Source: an uncultured Bacillota bacterium | GTDB lineage: Bacteria > Sysuimicrobiota > Sysuimicrobiia > Sysuimicrobiales > Segetimicrobiaceae | Assembly (NCBI GenBank): GCA_963804645.1 | Contig: CAWDRG010000009.1 | Coordinates: 1,216,001 to 1,280,000, forward strand | Direction of reading: 5' to 3' | DNA length: 64,000 nt | Part shown: positions 40,223 through 49,844 of the stretch, one piece after another | Position numbering within the stretch: position 1 is the stretch's first letter | How the letters are laid out: each line of letters opens with the position of its first letter | Program-made: the position numbers and the translations under genes | The notes under the pieces: generated by a model | Seen by the model: the letters and a program-made list of their open reading frames with translations, nothing else | Told to the model about the DNA's origin: nothing | The model's database searches: none

Positions 40223-40728
40223 TGGCCGGCGCCCCGGACGGGATCGAGCGCGGCGACCGGCGCGGCGCGGGACTGCGCGTCGCGATCGCGGTCAGCCGCT
40301 TCAACGAGCACATCACGCGCCGCCTCCTTGCCGGCGCGCGCGAGGCGCTGCGCCGGTGCGGGGTGGACGACGGCGCCGTCGGCGTCGCGTGGGCGCCCGG
40401 GGCGTTCGACCTCCCCGTCGTCGCCCAGGCGCTGGCGCGCTCCGGGCGGTACGACGCGGTCGTGTGCCTCGGGTGCGTGATCCGGGGCGATACGGCGCAC
40501 GACCGGTACATCGCGCTCGGCGCCGCGGTCGGGCTGGGCCGCGTCGCGCTCGACGCGGGGCTCCCGGTCACGTTCGGCGTGCTCACGACCGAGACGCTGG
40601 CGCAGGCGGAGGACCGGAGCGGCGGCGCGCACGGCAACAAGGGCGAGGACGCCGCGCTGGCCGCGGTCGAGCTCGCCAACACGCTGCGCGGGATCGTCGG
40701 CGGCCCGCCGGCGCGGGGTGCCGGATGA
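40222..40728 (+). CDS. ribH: 6,7-dimethyl-8-ribityllumazine synthase
   Basis: 'VSRFNEHIT', 'PGAFDLP', 'LGCVIRGDTAH', 'FGVLT', 'NKGEDAA'. Confidence 0.93.
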   Translation: MAGAPDGIERGDRRGAGLRVAIAVSRFNEHITRRLLAGAREALRRCGVDDGAVGVAWAPGAFDLPVVAQALARSGRYDAVVCLGCVIRGDTAHDRYIALGAAVGLGRVALDAGLPVTFGVLTTETLAQAEDRSGGAHGNKGEDAALAAVELANTLRGIVGGPPARGAG

Positions 40729-42368
40729 CCGAGACCGGGCGCGAGGCGGCGGGCACGCTCTACGAGGGCGGGTCCATTTACACCGGCGAAGAGGGCGCGC
40801 CGCGCGCGTCCGCGCTGGCCGTGCGGGGCGGGCGGATCGCCGCCATCGGGGAGACGCGGGAGCTGCGCGACGCCTTTCCCTGGTTTGCGCGCGTCCCGCT
40901 CGACGGCCGGACGGTCCTGCCGGCGTTCACCGACAGTCACATCCACGTGGCGGGGCTCGGCCTGTCGCTCCGTCAGGTGGATCTGCGCGGCGCCCGGTCG
41001 CTGCGCGAGGCCGCGGCGCGCGCCGGCGAGGCGGCCCGGACCGCGCGGCCGGACGAGTGGATTCGGGGAGTCGGCTGGGACAAGAATCTGTGGCCCGAGG
41101 GGCGGTTTCCGACGCGGGACGACCTCGATCTGCTGACCGGGGGCTGTCCCACGGCGCTGCGCAGCAAGGACGGCCACACGGTCTGGGTGAACTCCGCGGC
41201 GCTCGCGCTGGCCGGGATCACGCGCGAGACGCCGGATCCCGAAGGCGGCACGATCGTCCGTGATGCAAGGACGGGTGAGCCCACGGGCCTCTTGGCCGAG
41301 CGGGCGACGTATCCGGTGATCGCGCTGGCCGGACGCCCCTCCCCGGGCGCGCTGGAGCAGGCGATCGTGGATGCCTCCGCGATGCTGCACCGCGCCGGCG
41401 TCGCCGGCGTGCACGTCGTCGAGGGCGGCGACGTGCTCGCCGCGTTCCAGCGGCTGCGGGCGCGCGGGGTGCTCACCCTGCGCGTGTGCATGATGCTGCC
41501 CGAGGACGCCCTCGACGCGGCGATCACGCTCGGCGTGCGCAGCGGATTCGGCGACGAGACGCTCCGGCTGGGCGGCGTCAAGATCTTCTCGGACGGCGCG
41601 CTCGGCTCGCAGACGGCGAGCATGCTCGAGCCGTACGAGGGACAGCCGGAGAACTGCGGCGTGGTCGTCCGTACCCGCGAGCAGCTGCACGCGCTCGTCA
41701 CGCGGGCCGCGGCCGCGGGCATCGCCTCGGTCGTGCACGCGATCGGCGACCGCGCGAACCGGTGGGTGCTCGACGCGATCGAAGCCGCCCGTGAGGATTC
41801 GGCGCGATTTGGCCTCCGGCACCGGATCGAGCACGTCCAGGTGCTGCATCCGGACGACCTGCCGCGCCTCGCGCGCCTCGGCGTCGTCGCCTCGATGCAG
41901 CCGATCCACTGCACGCAGGACCGCGACATCGTGGACCGCTATTGGGGGGCGCGCGGCCGGTACGCGTACGCGTTCCGGTCGCTGCTCGCGTGCGGTACCC
42001 GCCTCACGTTCGGCTCCGACGCGCCGGTCGAAACGCCGGACGTGCTCGCGGGGATCCACGCGGCCGTCGCGCGGCGGCGCCCGAACGAACCCGACCGGCC
42101 GGCATGGCGTCCCGAGGAACGCCTCACGGTCGGCGAGGCGGTGCGTGCTTACACGGAGGGACCCGCATACGCGGCGGGGGAGGAGCGCGAAAAAGGCCAG
42201 CTGCGGGCCGGGTACGTCGCGGACTTCGTTGCGCTGTCGGCCGATCCGTTCACGGCGGATCCCGACGCGCTGGCGGACGTGCGGGCCGTGCTGACCGTCG
42301 TCGGCGGGGAGATGCGCTACGCGGGTCCGTCGGGAGTCGGCGGGTCTTCGTCCTCGTCGTCCCCGTAG
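40725..42368 (+). CDS. Amidohydrolase 3 family (YtcJ-like)
   Basis: 'PAFTDSHIH', 'KIFSDGALGSQTA', 'HAIGDRA', 'HRIEHVQ', 'GSDAPV'; start overlaps ribH stop. Confidence 0.88.
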   Translation: MTETGREAAGTLYEGGSIYTGEEGAPRASALAVRGGRIAAIGETRELRDAFPWFARVPLDGRTVLPAFTDSHIHVAGLGLSLRQVDLRGARSLREAAARAGEAARTARPDEWIRGVGWDKNLWPEGRFPTRDDLDLLTGGCPTALRSKDGHTVWVNSAALALAGITRETPDPEGGTIVRDARTGEPTGLLAERATYPVIALAGRPSPGALEQAIVDASAMLHRAGVAGVHVVEGGDVLAAFQRLRARGVLTLRVCMMLPEDALDAAITLGVRSGFGDETLRLGGVKIFSDGALGSQTASMLEPYEGQPENCGVVVRTREQLHALVTRAAAAGIASVVHAIGDRANRWVLDAIEAAREDSARFGLRHRIEHVQVLHPDDLPRLARLGVVASMQPIHCTQDRDIVDRYWGARGRYAYAFRSLLACGTRLTFGSDAPVETPDVLAGIHAAVARRRPNEPDRPAWRPEERLTVGEAVRAYTEGPAYAAGEEREKGQLRAGYVADFVALSADPFTADPDALADVRAVLTVVGGEMRYAGPSGVGGSSSSSSP

Positions 42369-42559
42369 TCCTCATCGAGCGCCGGCACATCGAGCGGTTC
42401 CGGCTCGTCGGCGTCGTCGTCCTCGCGCTCGATGAGGGTCTCCTCCTGGTACCCGCACTCGGGACATTCGTAGACGACGATCTCGCCGCGGACGTCCGCC
42501 GTGACGACCTCCATGTCTTCCTCGCACTCGGGACAGGGCTTCGTAAATGGGATGGACAT
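42317..42559 (-). CDS. Small zinc-ribbon protein with acidic tail (80 aa)
   Basis: 'CPEC...CPECGY' followed by an Asp/Glu-rich tail; convergent 3' overlap with the amidohydrolase. Confidence 0.65.
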   Translation of the reverse strand: MSIPFTKPCPECEEDMEVVTADVRGEIVVYECPECGYQEETLIEREDDDADEPEPLDVPALDEDYGDDEDEDPPTPDGPA

Positions 42560-42672
42560 CGTCGCGGGTCCGGTTCGCGGCGCGGCCGGGGCCTCCTCCT
42601 GGCGCGTGGAGCCGGCGGAAACGGCGCGGGTCCGGGCGGACGCCCGGACCCGCCGCGCGCGCCCGTCACGCG

Positions 42673-43275
42673 TTAGCCGATGTGGTAGGCGTCCACGCGC
42701 TTCGCCACGACGTCCCAGTCGAGGAGATCGAAGAACTTGTCGAGGTAGGACGCTTTGCCGGTGCCGTAATCGATGAAGTACGCATGCTCGAAACAGTCGA
42801 GGGCGACGAGCAGCGAACAGTTCCAGATCGGGTACGTGTTTTGTTCGTCGCCGATGAAGTTGAACACCTGGCCGGCGTCCCAGTCGTAGGCCGTCCAGAC
42901 CCACCCCCGGGCCGCGACCGCGGTCGCCTTCATGTCGGCCTTCCACGCGTCGAACGATCCGTACGCCTTCTCGAGGAGGCCGTTGACCTTGCCCGACGGC
43001 TTGCCGCCCTTCCCACCGAGCAGCTCGAAATACAGCTCGTGGTTCTTGACGCCCCCGAGCGCGCGGGAGAGCTCGACTTTCAGCTCACGGAGCTCGGAGT
43101 ATGTGGGATTGGCCTTGGAGAGGTCCACCCCGCCGCTGGCGAGCCGGTCGAGGATCTCGTTCGACTTCCCGACGTAGCCCTGGTACAGCTTGTAGTGCTC
43201 CTCCATGGTCCTCTTGCTGATGCCGTTCAGCTCGACGTCGAACGCGCGAAACTTCTTCGCCTCGTACTTTGGCAT
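42673..43275 (-). CDS. sod: Fe/Mn superoxide dismutase family
   Basis: RBS GAGGAGG; 'EHYKLYQGYV', 'NHELYFE', 'RGWVW', 'LDCFEHAYFIDYG'. Confidence 0.9.
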   Translation of the reverse strand: MPKYEAKKFRAFDVELNGISKRTMEEHYKLYQGYVGKSNEILDRLASGGVDLSKANPTYSELRELKVELSRALGGVKNHELYFELLGGKGGKPSGKVNGLLEKAYGSFDAWKADMKATAVAARGWVWTAYDWDAGQVFNFIGDEQNTYPIWNCSLLVALDCFEHAYFIDYGTGKASYLDKFFDLLDWDVVAKRVDAYHIG

Positions 43276-43379
43276 GCACGATCCCTCCTCTGGGCGTGAT
43301 ACGAGTGACGTGTCTTCCGGCGGGGATGTCGGGAGCACGTTGATTATACGTCCCGCGCACGCGCGCGGGCAAGTCGCGG

Positions 43380-43574
43380 TCAGATGTTCGGGGCGCCGTC
43401 CTCGCGCGTCACGTAGGCCTCTTTCGTGTACGTGCCGCGGCGGCCGCAGTGCGGGCAGGTATGGTAGTTCGCCGCGAACGTCGCCTTGGCGAAGTTGCGC
43501 GTCGCCATCCGGATCCCGGTGTCGAATTCGCGTCCGCACGTCTGACAGTGGACCAGCACCATGAGTCTCGCCAT
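43380..43574 (-). CDS. Small zinc-ribbon protein (64 aa)
   Basis: 'HCQTCG...TCPHCG'. Confidence 0.65.
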   Translation of the reverse strand: MARLMVLVHCQTCGREFDTGIRMATRNFAKATFAANYHTCPHCGRRGTYTKEAYVTREDGAPNI

Positions 43575-43581
43575 GCGCGGA

Positions 43582-43959
43582 TTACCCGTGCGCGCCGCGG
43601 CGGGTGCGGGCCGCGGCGATGTCGGCGCGGTGCCAGAGGCGGTACCGGCCGGTTCCGAAGATGGGGGCGGGAAGGTCCGCGGTGCCAGCGGGGTCGAGCA
43701 GCGACGCCGGCGGCACGCCGAGCATCTCGGCGGCTTCGACGACCGTGACAAAGTCGTCGCCGTCGCGCACGAGGCGGCATACCTCAGCCAGGAACGACGC
43801 GTCGGCCGCGGGCCGCGATAGGAAGAACTGGACCGCGCTGCCGCCGCTCGCGTGCGCCTGCTTCGTCAGGTTGGCGAACCGGCGCAACTCATCCGGGTAG
43901 CCCCGCAGGTGGGACAGCACGATGGCATCCAGATCGGGGGCGGCGACGTGTTCCGCCAG
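43582..43959 (-). CDS. Hypothetical protein with C-terminal AlpA/excisionase-like HTH
   Basis: AGGAGGG 7 nt before an in-frame CTG; 'FVTVVEAAEMLGV...LPAPIF...RLWHRADI'. Confidence 0.55.
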   Translation of the reverse strand: MAEHVAAPDLDAIVLSHLRGYPDELRRFANLTKQAHASGGSAVQFFLSRPAADASFLAEVCRLVRDGDDFVTVVEAAEMLGVPPASLLDPAGTADLPAPIFGTGRYRLWHRADIAAARTRRGAHG

Positions 43960-44019
43960 CGCGGATCCCTCCTGCGCCTGCCAGGCGCCCGCCCGAACGC
44001 GTGCGGTCTGAGATCGTGG

Positions 44020-44106
44020 TGGTGCCGAAGGGGAGACTCGAACTCCCACAGGCTTTCGCCTACTACGCCCTGAACGTAGCGCGTCTGCCAATTCCGCCAC
44101 TTCGGC
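44020..44106 (-). tRNA. tRNA-Leu(CAG)
   Basis: GCCGAAGTGGCGGAATTGGCAGACGCG-CTACG-TTCAGGG-CGTAG, long variable arm, GGGAGTTCGAGTCTCCC-CTTCGGC-A-CCA. Confidence 0.96.
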
Positions 44107-44127
44107 ACGCGGCGCTCGAGCGCAAAT

Positions 44128-44157
44128 AGCATACTGGAGCCGGACAGACAGTGTCAA
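44128..44157 (-). promoter_or_regulatory. Promoter of tRNA-Leu
   Basis: Minus strand TTGACA-18 nt-TATGCT. Confidence 0.6.
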
Positions 44158-44190
44158 GCAACCGGCGCCGCGCGCGCCGCGCGGCGCGGC

Positions 44191-44874
44191 TCAGCGCGGT
44201 TGCCCGGGATCGTCCGCGAGCGCGGCGACCGTCTCGGCCAGGCGCGTGAGATCGGGGAGCACGCGGGTCGGCCGCACGTCTCCGAGCGGCTCCCCGTGGC
44301 GGTTGATGAAGACGGTGCGGAATCCGAGCGCGCCGGCGGGGACCATGTCGTGGTACAGGCTTGCGCCGACGTGCACCGTCCGGTCCGGGGCGGCGTGCGT
44401 CTGGGCCTGGAACCGTGTCCAGTGGGCCGAGGCCGGCTTGTAGCTGCCGGCGTCCTCCGCGGTGACGATCGCATCCGGCACGCTGCCGAGTTGCGCGATC
44501 GAGAGGGCCAGCAGGTCGCGATCGACGTTCGACAGGATCGCCAGCCGCCGGCCGGCCCGCCGCAGCGCCTGGAGAGCGACCGTGACTTCGGGAAACGGCC
44601 GCCAGCGCGCGAGCGATTCGGGCAGCACCCGCTCGCGGCCCTCCGGCAGCGGGTGGCCGAGGCTCCGCATCAACCTGGCGCTGGCCTCTGCGAGCACGTC
44701 GCGGTACGGCCGGTAGGCCTCGTGCTCGACTTCCGCTTCGACCGCGATGTAGCGGACGGCGAGCGCGCGTCGATCGACCGGCGGCGGCAGCAGCGGCACC
44801 AGCACGTCGGCGACCCCGCCCTCCCAGTCGATGAGGGTGCCGTAGCAATCGAAGGTGACCCATTCCACGGGCAT
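44191..44874 (-). CDS. HAD hydrolase (haloacid dehalogenase type II-like)
   Basis: 'VTFDCYGTLIDWE', 'ILSNVD', 'SYKP', 'HVGASLYHDMVPA'. Confidence 0.88.
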   Translation of the reverse strand: MPVEWVTFDCYGTLIDWEGGVADVLVPLLPPPVDRRALAVRYIAVEAEVEHEAYRPYRDVLAEASARLMRSLGHPLPEGRERVLPESLARWRPFPEVTVALQALRRAGRRLAILSNVDRDLLALSIAQLGSVPDAIVTAEDAGSYKPASAHWTRFQAQTHAAPDRTVHVGASLYHDMVPAGALGFRTVFINRHGEPLGDVRPTRVLPDLTRLAETVAALADDPGQPR

Positions 44875-45063
44875 CGGCGCACACGTTCGGCGAACGCGGC
44901 GGGCAGTCCTGTGGATTCGGGCATCAACGTTTGTCCCCGTGCGTTCTTGGGTAAGTGTGAGGTACTTCTGCAGTGTTTCGGAGCGTGACGTCGCCGGCGG
45001 TGGTCGGGGCGACGCCGGGCGGCGGGATGCGGTGGTTGGACGAAGTGGCGGGGGGACGGGCAC

Positions 45064-45660
45064 ATGATGGCAGCCAATACCCACACCAAAGGGCAGGTGT
45101 GGCTCGATCGTCCGGCGATGATCAGCGGACTGCGGGTCACCGTGGTCATCTGGATGGCCGTGGCGCTCTCCGGATGGGCCGCCGCCTGGGCGGCGTACTC
45201 GCACACGCTGTCCGCGCAGCAGAGCGCCGCGCGCATGGCGTCGATCGCGGGGCTGACCCCGGTGTCCGGGCCCGGCGTCGAGGTGGTGCTGTCCGATTCC
45301 ACGCGCGCGCTCGCCCCGGGCGACAGTCCGAGTGAGCTGCTCGTGCAGGACAGCGACCTGGTGTTTCTCGAGATGGCACTGTGGTACGGGGGCGCCGAGG
45401 CCGTGGCGGTCAACGGCGTGCGGATCACCGCCAAGACGTCGATCGTCTCGGCGGGGCCCACGATCGTGGTGGACGGACACCGGCTGGTGGGGCCGTTCCA
45501 CATCACGGCCGTGGGAGATCCCAGGCTCCTGCGGGGTGTGCTGATGACCCGCGAAGGGTACGCGGCGCGGCTCCGCGAATTCGGGCTCAACCTGCAGATC
45601 GTCGACCGGCCCCACCTGACAGTGCCGGCCGCGGCAATGGGATCGTCCACCCAGCTCTAG
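45064..45660 (+). CDS. DUF881-family protein
   Basis: 'AGLTPVSGPGVEVVLSDS', 'LVQDSDL', 'LWYGGAEAVAVNGVRIT', 'PFHITAVGDP'. Confidence 0.82.
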   Translation: MMAANTHTKGQVWLDRPAMISGLRVTVVIWMAVALSGWAAAWAAYSHTLSAQQSAARMASIAGLTPVSGPGVEVVLSDSTRALAPGDSPSELLVQDSDLVFLEMALWYGGAEAVAVNGVRITAKTSIVSAGPTIVVDGHRLVGPFHITAVGDPRLLRGVLMTREGYAARLREFGLNLQIVDRPHLTVPAAAMGSSTQL

Positions 45661-45712
45661 CCCGCCGCCGCATCACGGGGCGGAACACGGCAGTCGGAGG
45701 AGGGGAGGAACT

Positions 45713-45976
45713 ATGGGGATCCTGGCCTGGATCGTGGTGGGCATCATCGCGGGGTGGTTGGGGAAGATGGTCGTCCCGGGGGAAGGCCCGGGAGGTATCC
45801 TCGGCGACTTGGTCGTCGGCATCGTCGGCGCGCTGATCGGGGGGTGGCTGTTCACGTCGTTTGGGCATGCGGGCGTGACGGGCATGAACATCGGATCGAT
45901 CATCGTGGCGTTCATCGGCGCGGTGATCCTGCTTTTGATCATGCGCGCGCTCACCGGGCGGCGTTCGGTCGCGTAA
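45713..45976 (+). CDS. GlsB/YeaQ/YmgE-family stress membrane protein
   Basis: 'MGILAWIVVGIIAGWLGK...GIVGALIGGWL...SIIVAFIGAVILL'. Confidence 0.9.
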   Translation: MGILAWIVVGIIAGWLGKMVVPGEGPGGILGDLVVGIVGALIGGWLFTSFGHAGVTGMNIGSIIVAFIGAVILLLIMRALTGRRSVA

Positions 45977-46074
45977 CGCCGTTCGGCGCGGCGTCGCCGC
46001 GCGGGTTCCGGACACGGGTCCCCGGCCTTCCAGGCCGAGGGCCCGTGTGCTGTGTGTGCGGGCCGTCGGCCGTG

Positions 46075-47346
46075 TTAGGGCCGTTCGGCCCGCGGCATGT
46101 TGAACGCGTGCAGGCTCGGCATCAGCCCGAGCGCGCACAGGGGCAGGATCGCGCCCGCGATGGCGAGTGCCACGGGGAGCCCGAGGACGGACGCCACCGC
46201 GCCGATGCCGAGTGCGCCGAGCTGGTTCAGCCCAAACGTCGCGTAGTACAGCCCGAGGACGCGGCCGCGCATGTCCTCGCGCGCGCTGACCTGCAGCACC
46301 GTCGCCATCGTCGCATCGTACGTGCTGCCCACGTACCCTACCAGCGTCACGAGCACGAGCGACGGGAGCAGCCACGGCGAGAGGCCGAACAGCATGACGC
46401 CCACGCCGAACGCGATCGCGGACGCCACCAGCACCGTCCCCGTGTGCGCCACGTCGCCGCGGGCCGCGACGCGCAGCGTCGCCGCCAGTTGGCCGACGCC
46501 GCCCATCGCCGCGAGGTAGCCGAGTCCAAGCGCGCCGACCTTGAGCACGTCGCGCGCCATGACCGGCAGCATGTACTGGTACGAGAAGCCAAACGACTCG
46601 ATCACCAAGCTGAGCCCGAGCAGCCCGCGGACCGCCGGCGCTCGCACCGCGTACCGCAGCCCCTCGCGCACGGCCGCGACGAGGGGTTCGGTGCTCCGCC
46701 GCAGCGGCCGGGGATTGTGGAGGGCGAACAGCGCGCCGATGCCGATCACGTACGCGGCGCAGATCACGAGGTAGTTCTGGCCGACCCCCGCGCGCGCGAT
46801 GATCGCGCCGCCCGCAAGCGCGCCGAGGATCCTTACGATGCTGCCGGCCATGAACTGAAACGCGTTGGCGTTCAGCAGGCGCTGTTCGCCGACGACGTCG
46901 TAGACAAGGCCGTTCGTCGTGGGCTTGCCGACCGCGAACGCGCAGCCGGCGAGCGCCGCGTAGAGCAGCACGTGCCAGAGCTGGACGCGCTGGGCGAGGA
47001 CCAGGACCGCGAGGGCGAGGGCAAGCGCGGCGGAGGCGGCCTGCGTGATCAGCAGCAGGGACCGCCTGGGCAGGTAATCGGCGAACGCGCCCCCGGCGAG
47101 ACTGAACAGGCATTGGCTCGCGCCCCGCACGCCCGCGGCGAGTCCGACCCAGAGCGGCGACTGCGTCAAGATGAGCACCAGCCATCCCTGGCTGATGAGG
47201 TCGACGGTCTGGGTCATCGACGTGCAGAGCGTATTGATCCACAGCCAGCCGTATCCGGGGGCGTCGAACGCGTGGGAGAAGCGGGTGGGCCGAGCGAGCC
47301 TCAGGGGCCATCCTCCACGGGGGGCTGCGCCCGTCGGCAGGCGCAC
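46075..47346 (-). CDS. MFS transporter
   Basis: About 12 TM; 'GAFADYLPRR' motif A-like; 'MRGRVLGLY'. Confidence 0.85.
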   Translation of the reverse strand: MRLPTGAAPRGGWPLRLARPTRFSHAFDAPGYGWLWINTLCTSMTQTVDLISQGWLVLILTQSPLWVGLAAGVRGASQCLFSLAGGAFADYLPRRSLLLITQAASAALALALAVLVLAQRVQLWHVLLYAALAGCAFAVGKPTTNGLVYDVVGEQRLLNANAFQFMAGSIVRILGALAGGAIIARAGVGQNYLVICAAYVIGIGALFALHNPRPLRRSTEPLVAAVREGLRYAVRAPAVRGLLGLSLVIESFGFSYQYMLPVMARDVLKVGALGLGYLAAMGGVGQLAATLRVAARGDVAHTGTVLVASAIAFGVGVMLFGLSPWLLPSLVLVTLVGYVGSTYDATMATVLQVSAREDMRGRVLGLYYATFGLNQLGALGIGAVASVLGLPVALAIAGAILPLCALGLMPSLHAFNMPRAERP

Positions 47347-47489
47347 GAGGCACTGGTTCTCGGAGAAGCGGTGCGCCGCCTGCCTTCCGACGGCGCTTTG
47401 CAGGGGTGTGGCGCCCGGGAGGCGTATAGACTAGGTGACGAACGGTCCGGACTGGACCGTTCGATCTCAGTCAGAGGGGAGCGATCCTC

Positions 47490-48821
47490 ATGCAGACTTC
47501 GGGTTGGTTGAACGGTTCCATGAACCGCCGGACGCTGCTGCGGCGGACCGCGGCGGCCGGACTCGGGCTCGCGGCGCTGCGGGGAGCTTCAGGGCTCCTC
47601 GATCCCGCGGCGGCCTCGGCCGCGAATTTGACGCTGTCCTATCCGAGCTGGATGTTCAGCGAGCCGAGCACCGGGAAGTACTTCCGCGACATGAGCGCGG
47701 CGTACAGCCAGGCGCACCCGGACGTCAACATCGATCTGATCCAGCTGCCCGCGGGGCAGTACGTCGAGAAGATCTTTACCGAAGTCCAGGGCGGCCAGGT
47801 GCCCGACATTCTCCCGCTGTTCACGACGCAGATGCCGCAGTACATGCAGCTCGATCTGCTGGAGCCCCTGGATCCGTATCTCGACAAGTCGACGTTCAAG
47901 AGCAAGCTGCTGCCGCTCCAGCGGTTCGCGCAGAAGGGCGGCAAGAACTACGGCATCGTGCTGACGGCCTCGCCGCAGGGCCTGCTGATCAACCACCTGC
48001 TGCTCGAGAAGGCGGGGGTCCAGATTCCGACGAACCTCGACGAGCTCTATACCGCCGCGGACAAGATCTACAAGGCGACCGGCGTGTTCGGCTACGGCGT
48101 GCACACCGATACCTCCGCGATGCTGCTGTCGTACGTGTCGTGCATGCAGTGGATCTTGGGCAACGGCAGCGATTTCACCAAGGCCGACGGCACCATCACG
48201 TGCAACGCGAAGGCGACCGTCGAGGGCTTCCAGCAGATGATGCGGTTCGTGAACGCGCCGTTCGCGCCGAAGGGGCAGGGCTGGTACCAGCTGCGCGAGA
48301 TGTTCGCCGAGGGCAAGCTCGCGATGCTGTGGGACGGGCCGTGGGACCTCGGGCAGGTGAAGACGGTGAACCCGAACCTGTACCCGTACATCGACATGGC
48401 GCCGTGTCCGACCAAGACGCACGCCGCGATCACCGGCGGCGCGTTCTACGCGATTCTCCGGAAAGAGCAGAACAAGCAGGCGGTCTGGGACTACCTCGCG
48501 TTCGCCACGAGCGACGAGTGGCAGCGCCGCTGGATCGAAGTCGAGGTGCAGGTGCCCGGCATCGCGATCGAGCCGGCCGCCGCGTTTATTCGGACGAACC
48601 CCGGGTACCGCTACGTGACCGAGATCGCGGCGAAATACGCGACGGGATTCGGGTATCTGCCGCCCGGCTACGTGAACGTGGCGACCGCGCTGCAGACGAA
48701 GGTCATCGCGCACGTCGGCGACATCTGGTCCGGTACCAAGTCGCCGCAGGTCGGGATGGACGAGTGCCAGCGCGAGCTCGAAGCGTGGGCCAAGACGCTG
48801 CCCCCGGGTTCGCGGGACTAG
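47490..48821 (+). CDS. Carbohydrate ABC transporter substrate-binding protein, Tat signal
   Basis: 'MNRRTLLRR' signal; 'HPDVNI', 'FAEGKLAMLWDGPW'. Confidence 0.87.
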   Translation: MQTSGWLNGSMNRRTLLRRTAAAGLGLAALRGASGLLDPAAASAANLTLSYPSWMFSEPSTGKYFRDMSAAYSQAHPDVNIDLIQLPAGQYVEKIFTEVQGGQVPDILPLFTTQMPQYMQLDLLEPLDPYLDKSTFKSKLLPLQRFAQKGGKNYGIVLTASPQGLLINHLLLEKAGVQIPTNLDELYTAADKIYKATGVFGYGVHTDTSAMLLSYVSCMQWILGNGSDFTKADGTITCNAKATVEGFQQMMRFVNAPFAPKGQGWYQLREMFAEGKLAMLWDGPWDLGQVKTVNPNLYPYIDMAPCPTKTHAAITGGAFYAILRKEQNKQAVWDYLAFATSDEWQRRWIEVEVQVPGIAIEPAAAFIRTNPGYRYVTEIAAKYATGFGYLPPGYVNVATALQTKVIAHVGDIWSGTKSPQVGMDECQRELEAWAKTLPPGSRD

Positions 48822-48955
48822 ACGGTCCGCCGGCATGTGGGGTGAGGGCGTAGGCGGAGCACCGGGCCGGCGACGTTGAGGCAGCGGACGACCGCGGGCG
48901 CGGGATCGCTGCGATCCCGCGCCCCGCGGCGCGCTGAGGGGCGCGTGGCATCCCC

Positions 48956-49841
48956 GTGAGGCGCGAGCGGCGCGTGTTTGCGATCCTGCTGATGGCGCCC
49001 ACGGTAGTGTGGACGCTGATCGTGCTCGTCTATCCCATCGCGATCACGCTCCGGAACAGCGTGCACCGTGTCGGCACGGGGTTCGAGCCGCATCCTCCCT
49101 TCATCGGCCTCGCGAACTACGCCGCCCTCGTCCAGGATCCCGTGTTCTGGAAGGCCGTCCAGGTGACCGTGGAGTTCACGGTCGGCAACCTCGCCGGCTC
49201 GTTCGGGTTCGGACTCCTCACGCGCGCTCCTGCTGCAGCACCGGTTCTGGGGCCGCCCGGTCGCGCGCGCGATCCTGCTGCTGCCCTGGGCGATGCCCCA
49301 GGTCGCGGCGGTGGTGATCTGGCGGTGGCTGCTGGACACGCAGTACGGCGCGGCGAACTACATCTTGTGGCGCCTGCGCCTGTCGCCGACGCCGAGCATC
49401 CAGTGGCTGTCGAGGCCGAGCCTCGCACTGTACGCGGTCCTGATCGCGACCGTCTGGTGGCAGTATCCCATCGCGACGACGTTTCTCCAGGCAGGGATCC
49501 AGTCCGTCTCGCTCGACCTCTACGAGGCGGCCGGGATCGACGGCGCAAACGCGTGGCAGCGGTTCCGCCACGTAACGTGGCCCGGCCTGCAGCCCGTCCG
49601 AAACATCCTCCTCTTGATGCTGCTGTTTTGGTCGCTCGGTCAGGTGATCATCATCTGGGCGATGACCAACGGCGGGCCGGCGCGCGCGACGCAGACGCTT
49701 GCCATCCTAGTCTACACGCGCGCGTTCAACGACTTCGAATTCGGCAGCGCCTCGGCGCTCGCGACGATCGTCCTCGTGGTCTCACTCGCGATCGGCCTGC
49801 TGTACTACCGGCTGGTGATGCGCACCGAGCCGGTGGTGTAA
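48956..49841 (+). CDS. Carbohydrate ABC permease (apparent +1 frameshift at ~49223)
   Basis: 'FIGLANY...DPVFW' continues in the next frame as 'ALLLQHRFWGRPVARAILLLPWAMP...LYEAAGIDGANAWQRFRHVTWP'. Confidence 0.85.
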
Positions 49842-49844
49842 CCG

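Noticed and set aside
44017..44022. CCACCA at the 3' end of tRNA-Leu as a degradation mark
   Set aside because: The second CCA is in genomic trailer sequence and the acceptor stem is fully paired, so it is probably chance.
43582..44106. Integrated element at tRNA-Leu
   Set aside because: No integrase, no duplicated tRNA-Leu 3' end found, and downstream genes are host-like.
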